A stretch of DNA of 64,000 nt from Bispira polyomma (Eukaryota): the NCBI GenBank assembly GCA_965649765.1, contig OZ287753.1, positions 70,184,001 to 70,248,000 of the forward strand, given 5' to 3'. Both the position numbers and the translations under genes were made by a program. The notes beneath the pieces were generated by a model. It searched no databases. It was not told where the DNA came from and was given only the letters and a program-made list of their open reading frames with translations. How positions within the stretch are numbered: position 1 is the first letter of the stretch; every line of letters begins with the position of its first letter. Positions 14,136-25,907 of this stretch are shown piece after piece.

Positions 14136-15152
14136 ATGGCAGATAAATGTGACATATGTCAAAAGCTTTTTTCTAGATCCGATGTACTAAAATGTCACCT
14201 GTCAACAGTACATAAACAATTTCCAGTTTCACTTAAGCCACCACTACCAAATGTGATAAATTGGCAAAACGTAATGAAATTAGTAAAGAATAACCACCTC
14301 ACTTTTGAACATCCCTTTACATCAACATGTTCAGGTCTAACTCCTAGAAAAATGCACTTTGTTTCTAAATTGTTGCAGTTAGGTAAAATAGAACCTCAGC
14401 CAGAGAGAATATTGTATGTTTACAAGCAGTGGCAGCCATTATATGATATTATGAGGGAAATAATCTCTCCATTTATTCAGTTTATAAAAGGAATTCCAAA
14501 TAGTCCAAAAATGACAGTTTTATTAATCCACAGAAGAGAAATTTAATAATTTTGGATGATATGATGATCAGTCACTACTCACAAATGCATAACAGATCTA
14601 TTTACTGAAGAATCCCATCATAGAAACTTGTCTGTCAAACATCCAACATAAAATGTGTTTCCACCTGGCATAAATAGTGTAACCCAGAGGAGAAATATGG
14701 TTATATTCAAATCTCCAATGTCTCAAGATCAGATTAAGTGTTTGGAGCATTATATGTTTCCAGGTATGTTTCTAGCTATATACAATGAGGCTACACAAAA
14801 ACCATATGGGTATCTGATTATAGATGCAAAGCCAAATACACTTCAGGAACAGAGATTGACAACCAACATTTATCAGGAAGATATGGGGTCAGTGGAGAAA
14901 ATACCAGAGACATCAGCAGAACAAATACAGCTTTCACAGGTTGATAATAGAATACCAGCTATAATTTCACCATCAGAATTACCAAAAACAATACTACGAT
15001 TACCACGACAGCCACTGGATCAGTCGTCATCATCATTACTATCACCACAACAAGAACAGCCAATTCATAAAATCAAGACACAGTCAAATATCTCACCAGA
15101 GGTACTGCGATTACCACCACTGAAAATACCTCGAAAACCAATGACCCCCTAA
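14136..15152 (+). pseudogene. Maverick FtsK/A32-like DNA packaging ATPase with N-terminal C2H2 zinc finger (frameshifted)
   Basis: CDICQKLFSRSDVLKCHLSTVH; EHPFT with a decayed Walker A; PERILYVYKQWQPLY; IILDDMM; LFTEESHHRNLSV; ATQKPYGYLIIDAK...RLTTNIY. Confidence 0.85.
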
Positions 15153-15535
15153 ACCAAAATGGGACAGGATTTATAAATGAAATAAACATTGAACCCAAAC
15201 ATTAGACACCTGGTTGTATTAAGATTTACAACAGCATGAATTCAAGTGATTTTGTTCCTTTTCATAATTGTGGAATAATATTCAAAAAAATGTTATCATA
15301 TTGTTTAAAGAACCAAAGAGAAGTACAAGGAAGTACCTTTGAGTTTGAAAATTTGAATTTTTTTTTATCTATGTTAAGTTATGTGAGTAAACAACTAACA
15401 CAAATATTAATGTAAATAAACATTTGAATTTTATCCAACTATTGATTTACTCTCATCTACAACAATAATTAGTATAGCCTGAATTTACAGATGAAAATCA
15501 ACCGAGCAAAGAGCTTGTTTCTATAAATAAGCAAA

Positions 15536-16645
15536 ATGACAGTTAAACTCCTACACCACACAATGGTTAAAGAAAAGGGAAACTACCTACACCATGTGTA
15601 TTATAACAGTAAAACTCCGGCATCCTACGGAGGATTCAATAAATTTTATAGATTCGTGAAAGGTGAAAATAGATATTCCTTTTCAAAACAAGAGGTTAGA
15701 GAATGGTTCGGCAAACAAGACATCTTCGTCTTGCATCGACTAGTAAAAAAAAATTTAAAAGACCAGCTGTAAAAAAGTTCCAACAATGGAATATTAAGAC
15801 CGCTAACATGATAAAATTTTAAAAATATAATAGGGGTTATGGTTACTTTTGTGTACTTATAGATACCTTAACCTGCTTTTTGTGGACATTCCCTCTGCAT
15901 AGTCTGACTGGTGAGGAAATGAAAAAGGAACAAGACAACATCTTCAAAAAACAGAAGCCTACATTTCTATTTACAGACAGAGGAAGCGAATACAATAAAA
16001 GATTGTGCAAAGGTATCTAAAGACTGAAGGAATTGTACATTTTATGAGCAACAATGAAACCAAGGTTGCTATGGCCGAGAGAGTGATAAAAAACTGTTAA
16101 ATTAAAACTGATCAGAATGATGACGGGCAAAAACAATTTCAAGTGGGTTGAAGATTTAAAAGATATTACAGAGTCATACAATAAGAGCTTCCACAGAATG
16201 TTGCAAAGCACTTCTACAGAGGCTGTGATAAGAAGGATTACGATTTGTGGAGTGAAGAGTATCTCCCAAAAGAATATATATAGCAAGAGGATAAAAGCGA
16301 TAAAAAGAAAAAAGCACCAAAATCTAAATTACCCTTTAAATTAAAGGTAGGGGATCTTGTGAAGGTTGCCTATCTATCTAAGACTTTTCAAAGAGAATAC
16401 CAAGAGAGGTATTCCAGGGTAAGGCACAGTATAAATTAAAGGGTTTGAACAGTGAGCTTACAGGAGGTTTCTTTTATAACCCAGAACTGCAAAAGGTTTA
16501 CTCTGACAACAATACCACATACCAAATTGAAAAAATTCTGAAGACTAGAACTAAGAGAGGAAATAAAGAATACTTAGTCAGATGGGAAAATTATTGATCC
16601 AAATTTGACAGTTGGGTACCCGAGGAGAATATTAAAGATTTATAA
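15536..16645 (+). pseudogene. Maverick retroviral-like (rve) integrase with C-terminal chromodomain (frameshifted)
   Basis: YYNSKTPASYGG N-terminus; IDTLT; FTDRGSEY; AMAERVIK; YNKSFHRML; chromodomain YQIEKILKTRTKRGNKEYLVRWENY*SKFDSWVPEENI. Confidence 0.88.
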
Positions 16646-16670
16646 ATTGAAAGCAAAAGCGATAAAAGAA

Positions 16671-17050
16671 ATGAATCAATTATACCTACATCTTCATTCT
16701 ACCATTCATTGAGTTATCACCCTAAAAATCAGGTATGGGAATTTATTGTAGAGATAGTAGACAATATAGAGCTTGAGGGAAATTGGAAATGTGGACTGGC
16801 AGAAATCAGTTATAGCGATGAGGTTAAGGAAGCCATATATATACATATTGTGACATTGTTGATATAAGTCTGATTGAGGTTTTCTGTAGACTTATTTTAA
16901 GAGTGGTAGATAAAGCTAAACATTACAATCAAATCTACTATAAAAGGGTGAACAGAACAAATCTAGAGAGAATTAAGGTACCTGGTAAAAACTTAAAAAA
17001 CTAAAAAATTTCAACTAAGCCTACTTACGTGGTTTTAAGCCTTCAAAAAA
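16671..17050 (+). pseudogene. Maverick minor capsid protein (penton), compact
   Basis: MNQLYLHLHS...SLSYHPKNQVWEFIVEIVDNIELEGNWKCGLAEISY...YCDIV matches the Polinton minor capsid N-terminal pattern. End approximate. Confidence 0.7.
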
Positions 17051-17060
17051 AAACAATAAC

Positions 17061-17304
17061 AATGGTTACTTGGAATAAGGTTTGTGAAAATATGAGAGAG
17101 GGGAAATTGAAAATGGATAGAAAACTATATATAATAGAGGAACAGACAGGTGGGGGAAATAATGAAAATGAACTAGTTAGCATAATATCTCCTACAGAAC
17201 AGCAGATTGATATGGCTAGATGGGAACTAAAAATGAAACCAAAAAAGGGAAAAGTAGTTAAAAGCAAAAAACAAGAAAATTACAAAGAAAAAGAAAATAA
17301 ATAA
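17061..17304 (+). CDS. Small Maverick ORF with QTGGG motif and Lys-rich tail (candidate core/DNA-binding virion protein)
   Basis: MVTWNKV...EEQTGGGNNENELVSIISPTEQQIDMAR...KPKKGKVVKSKK; lies between the minor and major capsid genes. Confidence 0.45.
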
Positions 17305-17358
17305 TAGAAAGAAAAAACAAGTTAAAAAACAAAGAAAATACTGAATATAGCTCAAAAA

Positions 17359-17363
<5 letters not shown>

Positions 17364-17413
<50 letters not shown>
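17364..17413. repeat. (TA)n microsatellite
   Basis: Direct reading. Confidence 0.95.
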
Positions 17414-17416
<3 letters not shown>

Positions 17417-17480
17417 TGTTACAGTCAAATAGATCTTCAGTTCACTTCTTGCTTTTGACAGTATAAAAATCCAAATTAAA

Positions 17481-18680
17481 ATGAATGTCTTACAGGAAAA
17501 AGTGGCTCTTTTTCAAAAACCTTTGATAGATCCATCAGTCCATCATATTGATTGGGTTGAATACAGACCAAGCGGTCAAATTAAAAGTGGAAATGTAATT
17601 GAATTTAATGGAACAGGGGATGGGACGGATTATATAGATTTGAAGAAAAGTAGATTGCATATTTCAATGAAAATTGCAGATAGTTATGGAAATAACTTAC
17701 CAGCAGCTGCTAAAGTTGGTCCCGTCAATTTAACATTACATTCTCTCTTTCGTCAGGCAGATCTAACTCAAATCAAAGCAAATCAATATTTCACCAGGAG
17801 TTGGAATTAACTATCCCCACAAAAGTTTATTGGATGTATGGTTACATAATAGTTTTGTGAGTCAACAGGGACAGTTGGAAAATGAACTGTTTGCAAATGA
17901 CACAGCTGATACTCATAATATCACAAGTGGGGATGATAATATAGGGTTTGCTATTACACATGAGAGATGTGCAGCAAGCACAGTAGTGTACTTATACAGT
18001 CCTTTAGATGTGGATATTGCCGATCAAGATAGACTCATTGTAAACGGAGTCCAGATCAATCTAAAATTATATCCCAGTACTGATAGGTTTAGTTTAATAA
18101 TGGAGATAAAGGATACAAGGTAGAAATAATTAATGCTGCTTTAATGAGCTGACAGGTAAAATTAAATCCCTAGCTTGTACTAGCTTATGCAAAAGCTTTG
18201 AAGGTGGGACCAGAATTATACCCTTTCTGGCAAAGCGAATTCAAGACTTTTACCATGCCAAAAGGGAATATGATGTGGAGTGATGATGGAACTTTTCATG
18301 GAGAGGTTTCCAGCAAATTAATTGTAGGTGGAAACTACATTGAAAATCCATTTAAATTTCATCACTACCATTTAAATTATTTAGAATTTGACTAGCAGAC
18401 CTACTTTCATGGGAGGACTATATGCAGAAGCATATAATAGCTTGTTTTATGGAAGATATGGTGAAAATGAGACAAATATACAGATTACCCAAATGGTTAT
18501 TGTCTTTATGTGTTTAATATAGACAGTAATGTGAGAGGTGACCTTAAATCACAACCTAAAAAGGGTCACAGAAGAATAACTGTAAATTTCGGAAAAGCTT
18601 TAAGAGAAAGTGTAACTGCAATATTATACGGTCGTTTACCATCTATGTTAACTATTTCTGAGGCTAGAATTGTAGAATAA
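17481..18680 (+). pseudogene. Maverick double-jelly-roll major capsid protein (frameshifted)
   Basis: LFQKP...WVEYRP...IEF...DYIDLKKSRLHI...VGPVNLTLHSLFRQ; DQDRLIVNGVQINLKL; NPFKFHHYHLN; PNGYCLYVFNI; ARIVE* end. Confidence 0.88.
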
Positions 18681-19092
18681 TGAATACTTCTGAACTAAAA
18701 GAAAATTGTTGAATGATAGATTCATCAGCAAATATTATGGTGGAGTATATGCAGCAAAAAATTCTGATTGTAAACAGAAAACCCTACTCTCACAAAGGGG
18801 AACATTGGATAGCAATGTATGTAAGTAAAAAAGAGGCAGAATATTTTGATTATTTAGGTGATTTAGCTACGAAAACTTTTAAAAATTTTCTGTTGAGACA
18901 TCAAGATAGTTATAGCAAAAATATCACAAGAGTACAAAGTTATAAGAGCATGTTATGTGGGGAATATTGTTATATTATGCTTACCATAAATGTAGGAGAA
19001 AGAGCTATACTGATATCTTAGAAAGTTTCGATGAAGATTATAAACAAAATGATGTGAATATAAAATCATTTTATATTTTGGAATTTCTTTAA
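18680..19092 (+). pseudogene. Adenain-like cysteine (maturation) protease
   Basis: IVN...KGEHWIAMY...EYFDYLG...RVQ...LCGEYC (H/D/Q/C catalytic pattern); TAATG coupling with the major capsid stop. Confidence 0.88.
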
Positions 19093-19119
19093 AATGCTAA
19101 TGGTTTAGCCTTTTAATCA

Positions 19120-19390
19120 ACAACCAACAAAGTAGATAAATCAATGCTGTCAAAGTAAACAGTGATGAAGTAATTGAACAAACAAATAAATGCTGTCAAA
19201 GTAAATAATGATGATGAAATTGAACAAATAGTTCCTTTGTGTCAAAGCATATAGTGATAAGGTAATTGGTTAAACAATGCTGTCAAAGTAAATAAAGTCA
19301 CAGTATTTGGTTAAATAGTCAAAGTAAATAATGGTAATTGGTTAAACAACGCTGTCAAGGTAAATAGTGATGATGTAATTGATGAATAAC
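19120..19390. repeat. Degenerate intergenic array in the Maverick (tgctgtcaaagtaaa...aattg units)
   Basis: About 6 copies of gtcaaagtaaa or close variants, spaced ~35-50 bp. Confidence 0.75.
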
Positions 19391-19659
19391 TTATGAATTG
19401 TGAGTAATGTTTTAGTAAAATCACAGAAAATTACTCAATTTTAAAAAAGGATATAAATTGCAACCACATTGCAGTCAGAAAAGAATCAAAATGGCAGAGA
19501 ATATATAATCAAAGGGGAGCAAGAGAAAATGAGGCTGACTGTGTTGTTGCAGCCTCTGCATCTAGTTATAGAAGAAGAATAGATAACCAAGACAGAATAA
19601 GTGAACTTACAAAAAAGTTCCGCAATTGCCAATGTAAAGAAGAATCACTGGCTATGAGT

Positions 19660-19922
19660 TGGGGGGGCCGCGGTGGCCTAGTGGTTAGCAAGCATTGCGT
19701 TTCACAATCACTGGTCTCTCACCTCTGGGATCGGCTGGCGTGGGTTCGACTCCCGTCGAGGCCTATGTGGGAAAGGTGGTAGTTCCTTACTGTGGGCCGC
19801 TGGTTTCTCTGCGGAACCTTGACCGACTGTTTGTAGTGTTTCCTCCAGCGTTTTCAACTACCCGTCCCAATATATCCCACTAAAAGGTAGTAGAATGGAC
19901 GTTAAATATCCAAATTCAAATT
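19660..19922 (+). mobile_element. tRNA-derived SINE
   Basis: ggggccgcggtggcctagtggt A box, ggttcgactcc B box, caaatt-repeat tail; 8-bp TSD ctatgagt (19652-19659 / 19923-19930). Confidence 0.9.
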
Positions 19923-21013
19923 CTATGAGTAGGGATTGGGTAGATTACAAAGTCTTCCACAACAGATTAGAAAGTTTCAGAAGTTGGCCAAAAAGTACTG
20001 GTGTGAGTCCAGAGGATGCAGCCAGGGGGATTTCGATACACTGGTTATGGTGACAGTTGTGTATCAGTTCCCTAATGTATAGTTATTGATAAAGTTGGTA
20101 TGGGTAATGCTAAGTGAGAAGTCAGTAAAAGATAAGGTTTTGAGGTTTATTTTCTGTACATATTATTTCTATGTACAGGGTATACACAATATATTTAAAA
20201 TTTTTAAAATACGTGTAAAATTTTAAATTAGCCCATATGGCCAGTACAAGCCCACTAAAGCGGACATAACATGTTAATATATGTAGGTAAAACCCTAGGA
20301 CCATACTAGTTTCGTGGAACCTTATGAACATCCATTTTATATGCCTTTGAACTTTATGTATCTCTAATTATGTTAGCCAAAAGTTTACCTTCTACTACGA
20401 AACCACTGCTTAAAGCTGGAACTCGCGTCCTGCGGCACCTAGTCGCCTAGCGAAGAGACGTTCCCAACTGCAGACATGTATTCCTCCCTGGTAGCCCACA
20501 CCAGAGGGTAGTTTACAAAAAGGGAACAGAATCTTCACACGGACACGAGTTCAACTTACCAGCAGAGGCACGTCAGTTATACTTAATGGAGGAGTAAAGT
20601 GGAAGGTGGTGGGAAACATAAAATTTTCTTTCAGTGTTTACTGTTCACTGTCTAAATCAAAATGGTGCTAGAATCTGGGTATACAGAAGCTAAATCAGCA
20701 GGGGGTTAATTAGTGATTGGTTCCCACCGTCACAGTTGAATGAACAAGTGCAGAACAAGAAAGGTTTTTAAAATGGTAATATGGGTATATGGTGAACTGA
20801 CACAGCAGTCCCCTAAAGTGCTCGTGCTAGTCACAGTTCCCTAATGTATAGTTATTGATAAAGTTGGTATGGGTAATGCTAAGTGAGAAGTCAGTAAAAG
20901 ATAAGGTTTTGAGGTTTATTTTCTGTACATATTATTTCTATGTACAGGGTATACACAATATATTTAAAATTTTTAAAATACATGTAAAATTTTAAATTAG
21001 CCCAAACCCAAGT

Positions 21014-21997
21014 TCAAGCAGAAGAGAGGAGTTTTGTAAAGGTAAGTGGGATTATAGAGGCGGCTTGAGAAGTAGATTGCAAATATGTCCAAACGGCAGA
21101 GCTTCGCCACAGCCCATGCGCCATAATATTTTGTAAAGAAACATTATTGTTAAATGCCAGAGTGGCTCCAGATCTTCTGAAGGTGTGAAATCCATGGATG
21201 GAAGGGTTGATACCTAAATGTTGAAGTACTGTTCTCAAAGCTGCCCGAATATGAGAATCCACGATGACGTGGTGAGGTGGAAGTTGTGAAAGAAAAATTG
21301 GTGAGAGTGGACAGATTTTTCTAGATGCACAGAGTTCTGTAAGAGCCTTAACTGGGCAAAGTGATGGGTTGTCTATTTTTGGTAATTGCACTACATGTGA
21401 TTTAGTTCTGTCTTGTAAATTCTTTGCCCATTTTATTATTATGTGAACCCCAGGGGGGCCAAAGATGAGATCTTGTTTTAGCAAGTGTCTTGAGGGATCA
21501 AATTTGCTCCTGGAGTGGGGGGCAATATTTGACATGCGCAGAAATCCAAAGAATGCTATGAGAAATATGGCTCTATACAGTGGTGGGTCCTTCAAAATTT
21601 GGCAGGTTTTTGAAATTTCTAACAATTAGTGTATATCAAAAACCCCTTTTGGAGAAGGCCTAAAAGAGGAAGTATGAACTAAACTGCGAGTAAACAGGGA
21701 TACAGAGTTGTGTTCTAGCACCGTGTAGTTTAGGTTATATTTCAAACACATAAACTTAATACCTGCCAAGTAGTTGTTGACAACTTTTGGAGATATATTG
21801 TTCTGAGTGAGATATTCCAGAAAAGCAAGTACAGAGTGTACTGTGATGTCTTTTATATTCACATATTGTAAGAAAGAAAGATAAGTCCTGAAATGACTGT
21901 AATATGCTGTTGTGGTAGCAGGCCTGAGTGCAGAATGTATCCTATTGATGGCTGCTAAACCCAACGTGTCTGAAGAAGATGTGGAACCTAAAATCAC
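21014..21997 (-). pseudogene. Tyrosine recombinase (SAM-like N-terminus plus catalytic domain), one internal TAA at 21626-21628
   Basis: AFFGFLRMSN (R), KWAKN (K), HTFRRSGAT (HxxR), HGLWRSSAVWTY (W...Y). ORFs 21626-21997 and 21014-21625 are in the same frame. Confidence 0.92.
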
Positions 21998-24755
21998 ACA
22001 TTAAGGTTGAGATTAAAATGTGACACTGGAACTTGTTTCCGTTCAAATGTGGCTAGTAGCCTCATCATTTCCCTATTGGGTGGGTTATCCGAATACACTC
22101 TGGACAACGCATCTGCCAAAATATTTTCCTTACCCTTAATGTGTACTATATTCAATGTAATGTCATAAGTAGAGGTAATCAACCAGATATTGCGAATGCA
22201 TGCTGCTAAGTACATGTCTCTCGTTTTTTCAGTCTGTACGACCAGGACCACGGCCATGTTGTCGCAGTGGACAGTCACCCTTTGGTGTGCCCAGTCTTTT
22301 CCCCAAATTTTTAATGCTAACACTATATTCACCATTTCTAGTTGTGTAATATGTAGGTCAGTGTCATAAATTTTGTGAACGGGTGTATAATATACCTGAT
22401 TATTCCAAATTCCCCCTAGGCCTGTCAAACATGCATCCAAATACATTTCTTTATCAGCCTTAATGTGGATAGGATTTATGTATGTAATGCCATTATATGA
22501 AAATAGAAATGTGATAAACCAATCCAAATCCTGTTTGATATGATTAGTAACCTTAAAATGTTTAGCCCCGGGAGATGCTCTAAACACTGATAAAAGACGA
22601 TTAATGAAGCATCTAGCGGGTTTAACACATTTATGTATGTAAAGGAGTTTTCCCAAAATTGATTGAAATTTAGTGCACGATAGCCATGATTTCTGACGTG
22701 CTTCCACACAGGCTTCAAAAATTTCAGTAATTTTTTCTTTAGTAATACTTATTGTACCTTTAGATATGTCTATGTCTATTCCCAGAAATGTAACCTTAGA
22801 GGAGGGAGCGCATACTTTATCCGGATTCATAGGATTCAAAAATTTCAGTAATTTTTTCTTTAGTAATACTTATTGTACCTTTAGATATGTCTATGTCTAT
22901 TCCCAGAAACGTAACCTTAGAGGAGGGAGTGCATACTTTATCCGGATTCATAGGAAGGCCTAGATTGTTCAAAAGATTGCAAAGTTGTAAGAAACCTTCA
23001 TCTGCTTTGTCTTTATGACAGACGCAGGCGTAATCATCAATGTAACAATGCAATTTGAATCCCAACTTCTGCATGTGATCTGCTATAAGGTCAGAGCATC
23101 GCTGAAACACGGCACTGCCGTGCGCCCAGCCGAACGCAACGGCAGCGTCCACGTAGTACTTGTCGTCATGCTTGATGCCTAGCTTTAGTGCGTCCACCGG
23201 ATCTACCCTTAAATTACGGAATGCGCGAGCAACGTCCACCTTAAAGATCAGAGGTTCTTTAGTTTCGCGAATACTGTCTGTGACGTTGTCAATGTTGGGA
23301 AATTTCAAAACAAATTCTATGCCGTCATAGGATTCCCTACTTACATTGTCATTAACTACATATCCAGAAGGATGTGAAAGGTTAAGAATGACCCTACATA
23401 TATCTACGTCCTTAGGTCTAGTGAGCAAAGGGGAACAATGAAATTGCAAATCTGGTACCTTGTCCACTGAGCCCAACATTGCACCCTTACTCCATTCCTT
23501 TTCAAGATATTGATCAATAGCTTCGGAAAATTGTAACGCAGAGTGATGGTTAACTACGTCTGAGCAATGTAATTGGTCAGGATTATCTAATGAAAGAGGA
23601 AATCCGAATTTTAAATACTGCACGATCAATTTGTCTCGGTGGTCTTTTGCAATATCCTCCCAACCTTCAATATTGAGTTGAGATTTCAAGGGTATTCTTG
23701 CCTGTCTATAATTTGGCAGTCCAGTATTCCTAATAATGTTAGCTACTTCTGTCATTGTCCTGAATATTATCTATATGGACCGAATGCCTGTCTGGTCCTA
23801 TAAATTGAAATTTTCTGTCTGATACTTTAATAAAACCAATACTCTTAGAAACATCAGAAATATCCTTAATATTGTTTGTAAGTTTAGCAGAAGAACTGTG
23901 TCCCATTTCTGGGCTGATCAGCCCGTCTATGGTTACATCAGTTGGATTATTCATGTAAGTCGAGCTCACCTTGATTTTTGTGTCGCTTCTCTTTGTATGA
24001 GTAGCAACTGTGTTTTCAACAACTGTTTGAGTGTTATTTGCCTCAATCAGCTTGTCGATAACACCACATAAATATCGAGTATAATCACATGAATGACTGT
24101 CATAACTGATCAGGTCCTGTTTGTAGTTCAAGTGAGCCAATTTTGCATTGGTTTGTTGTTCAACACTAAGTTGCTTAATATTCCACATTACTTGCACTGA
24201 AATACTAACACTCATAATATCCAAAGTGATTAATTGAAAACTCGGTAGATCACTAAGCGTGACATAAATGATTCTATTTCCTTGATGTACTACATAACAG
24301 AAACCCGACCAGTTACTGTACTCTTTGAAACGCAAGTACACCACCTGGTGCTGTAAACCACTTTGTGGCCTATAAAAAATGCAATTCATTACAAATATGT
24401 CACATTTGGTAGCCATAATGTCACCATATATGAGAACATTGTTTGGACTATAATGTCCTCGATTATGTACATATTCATGTGTAAGTTTGTTCTGGATTGT
24501 ACTTTTCCAGATATTACTGAAATCATCGCTTACTGCTGAAGGTATGAGTTCATTATATATTTCCTTATCATTACTAATACTATAATTAGTTGGAATGTTA
24601 GTTTGGTTGTTTCCACAGAATTTACAAATTATAAAATTACACTTATTAGATATACTGTCACTACCAAATTTACAAAGCTTTTTTGTTACTTTATCACTAT
24701 TATTACAATTTTCTACTTGGTCTATAGTCCCAACACCTGGTCGTTGACTGACTAC
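21994..24755 (-). pseudogene. pol: DIRS-type pol: N-terminal region, reverse transcriptase and RNase H (frameshift near 23750, 121-bp duplication)
   Basis: SPLLTRPK, RVILNLS, FKVDVARAFRNL, AFGWAHG, YIDDY; RNase H LDACLTGLGG, HITQLE, HCDN, HIKGKENILADALSR. Confidence 0.9.
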
Positions 24756-25907
24756 CTATTTATTTACTTGACTACTGTCTACTGTCTTTTTACTGCTTCC
24801 TGCCTTGTTACACTTGTGCTCTGGGTGAACACTTTCTTTATTTCCAATTTTAAAACAATAACTACATATGTGCCTATATTGTCCATGATCCCCTTCATTT
24901 GAGCACGAGCCGTTATTAAAAAATTTGCACACACTTTTCACCTTCTGGTTTAGCTGAATTGACTGTGAATTCATTAAAGCAAGTTGTGAGGTACTAAGCC
25001 TGTTTAAGGCCCACTGCGTTGCATTTGCCCAATCCAGTCTTCCCTCCTCGACTTCTTGCATATTAACTCCCCATGCTGCCCTTACTGCTGGCCAGGGCAG
25101 CGAAGCAGCATCACGAAACATATAGACCATCTGATGAAGCATCTGTCTCATCAGGTTCAGATCCGAAACCTGGGCGACATTAGCCAGTTGGCCCGCAGCC
25201 CACTGAGGCATTGATAACTCATCATAGTTGGGTCTTTTTCTGGCAGTTCCCTCTAACCAGCCCTCGTTTGCCCATCGTGCTTGCGGTTTAGTGACACAAA
25301 CATCAGTAGTATTGTAGCGCCCAGATTTGTGACGTAAATGGGGCTTACCTTGAGACAGTTCGTGTCTTAGCTGGGTGTCGTAAGCTGCCAATCTCTGGTT
25401 TACTGCGGCACTGACTTCCGGAATCGTCTTCATAACATCAATGCGTGGGATGATACCGTCACGTTGGTAATCTTGGTGGTATTGTGTAGGAAACGAGGCC
25501 AATTGGCTGTGTGTGTGGAGTGACTGAGCCGGCTGTACGTGTTGTGGAGGTGGCGCCTGGTACATCGGTAATGCAGGAACAGTCCTAGCCCGGAGGTCCA
25601 TCATGGTGTCATTACGTGCCGGATGCATCGGTGAATTCAAAGGGGTAGAATTGACTGCGCCCTTTAATTCCACCCTGTCGAGCCGTTTGTTGATATCGGC
25701 ATTGGCAGATTCCAGACGTTGTAGAATGGACATTACTTCGGCCATGCTATTACTGTCTGTAGGACGTACGGGCGGTTCTATTTCGGATAATGGTTCACGT
25801 AAGTTTCTTACCACTGGATCCTTTATTTTTGCAGACGCCGCCCGCCTTGTGGTCAAAGGTTTTCTTGCCTGAGGTGCACTGCCGGGTGTTTTCTTTGTCT
25901 TACCCAT
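24756..25907 (-). CDS. gag: gag-like ORF1 of the YR retrotransposon (383 aa)
   Basis: Intact ORF with YDELSMPQW motif and C-terminal CKFFNNGSC...H...HICSYC...H...C zinc-binding cluster typical of DIRS-group ORF1. Confidence 0.85.
   Translation of the reverse strand: MGKTKKTPGSAPQARKPLTTRRAASAKIKDPVVRNLREPLSEIEPPVRPTDSNSMAEVMSILQRLESANADINKRLDRVELKGAVNSTPLNSPMHPARNDTMMDLRARTVPALPMYQAPPPQHVQPAQSLHTHSQLASFPTQYHQDYQRDGIIPRIDVMKTIPEVSAAVNQRLAAYDTQLRHELSQGKPHLRHKSGRYNTTDVCVTKPQARWANEGWLEGTARKRPNYDELSMPQWAAGQLANVAQVSDLNLMRQMLHQMVYMFRDAASLPWPAVRAAWGVNMQEVEEGRLDWANATQWALNRLSTSQLALMNSQSIQLNQKVKSVCKFFNNGSCSNEGDHGQYRHICSYCFKIGNKESVHPEHKCNKAGSSKKTVDSSQVNK

Noticed and set aside
19660-19760. tRNA gene
   Set aside because: It is the tRNA-like head of a SINE with a core, tail and TSD.
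20290-20335. Possible hammerhead ribozyme (minus-strand cgaaactag...gtc) in the YR element spacer
   Set aside because: No CUGAnGA core and no stem I pairing.
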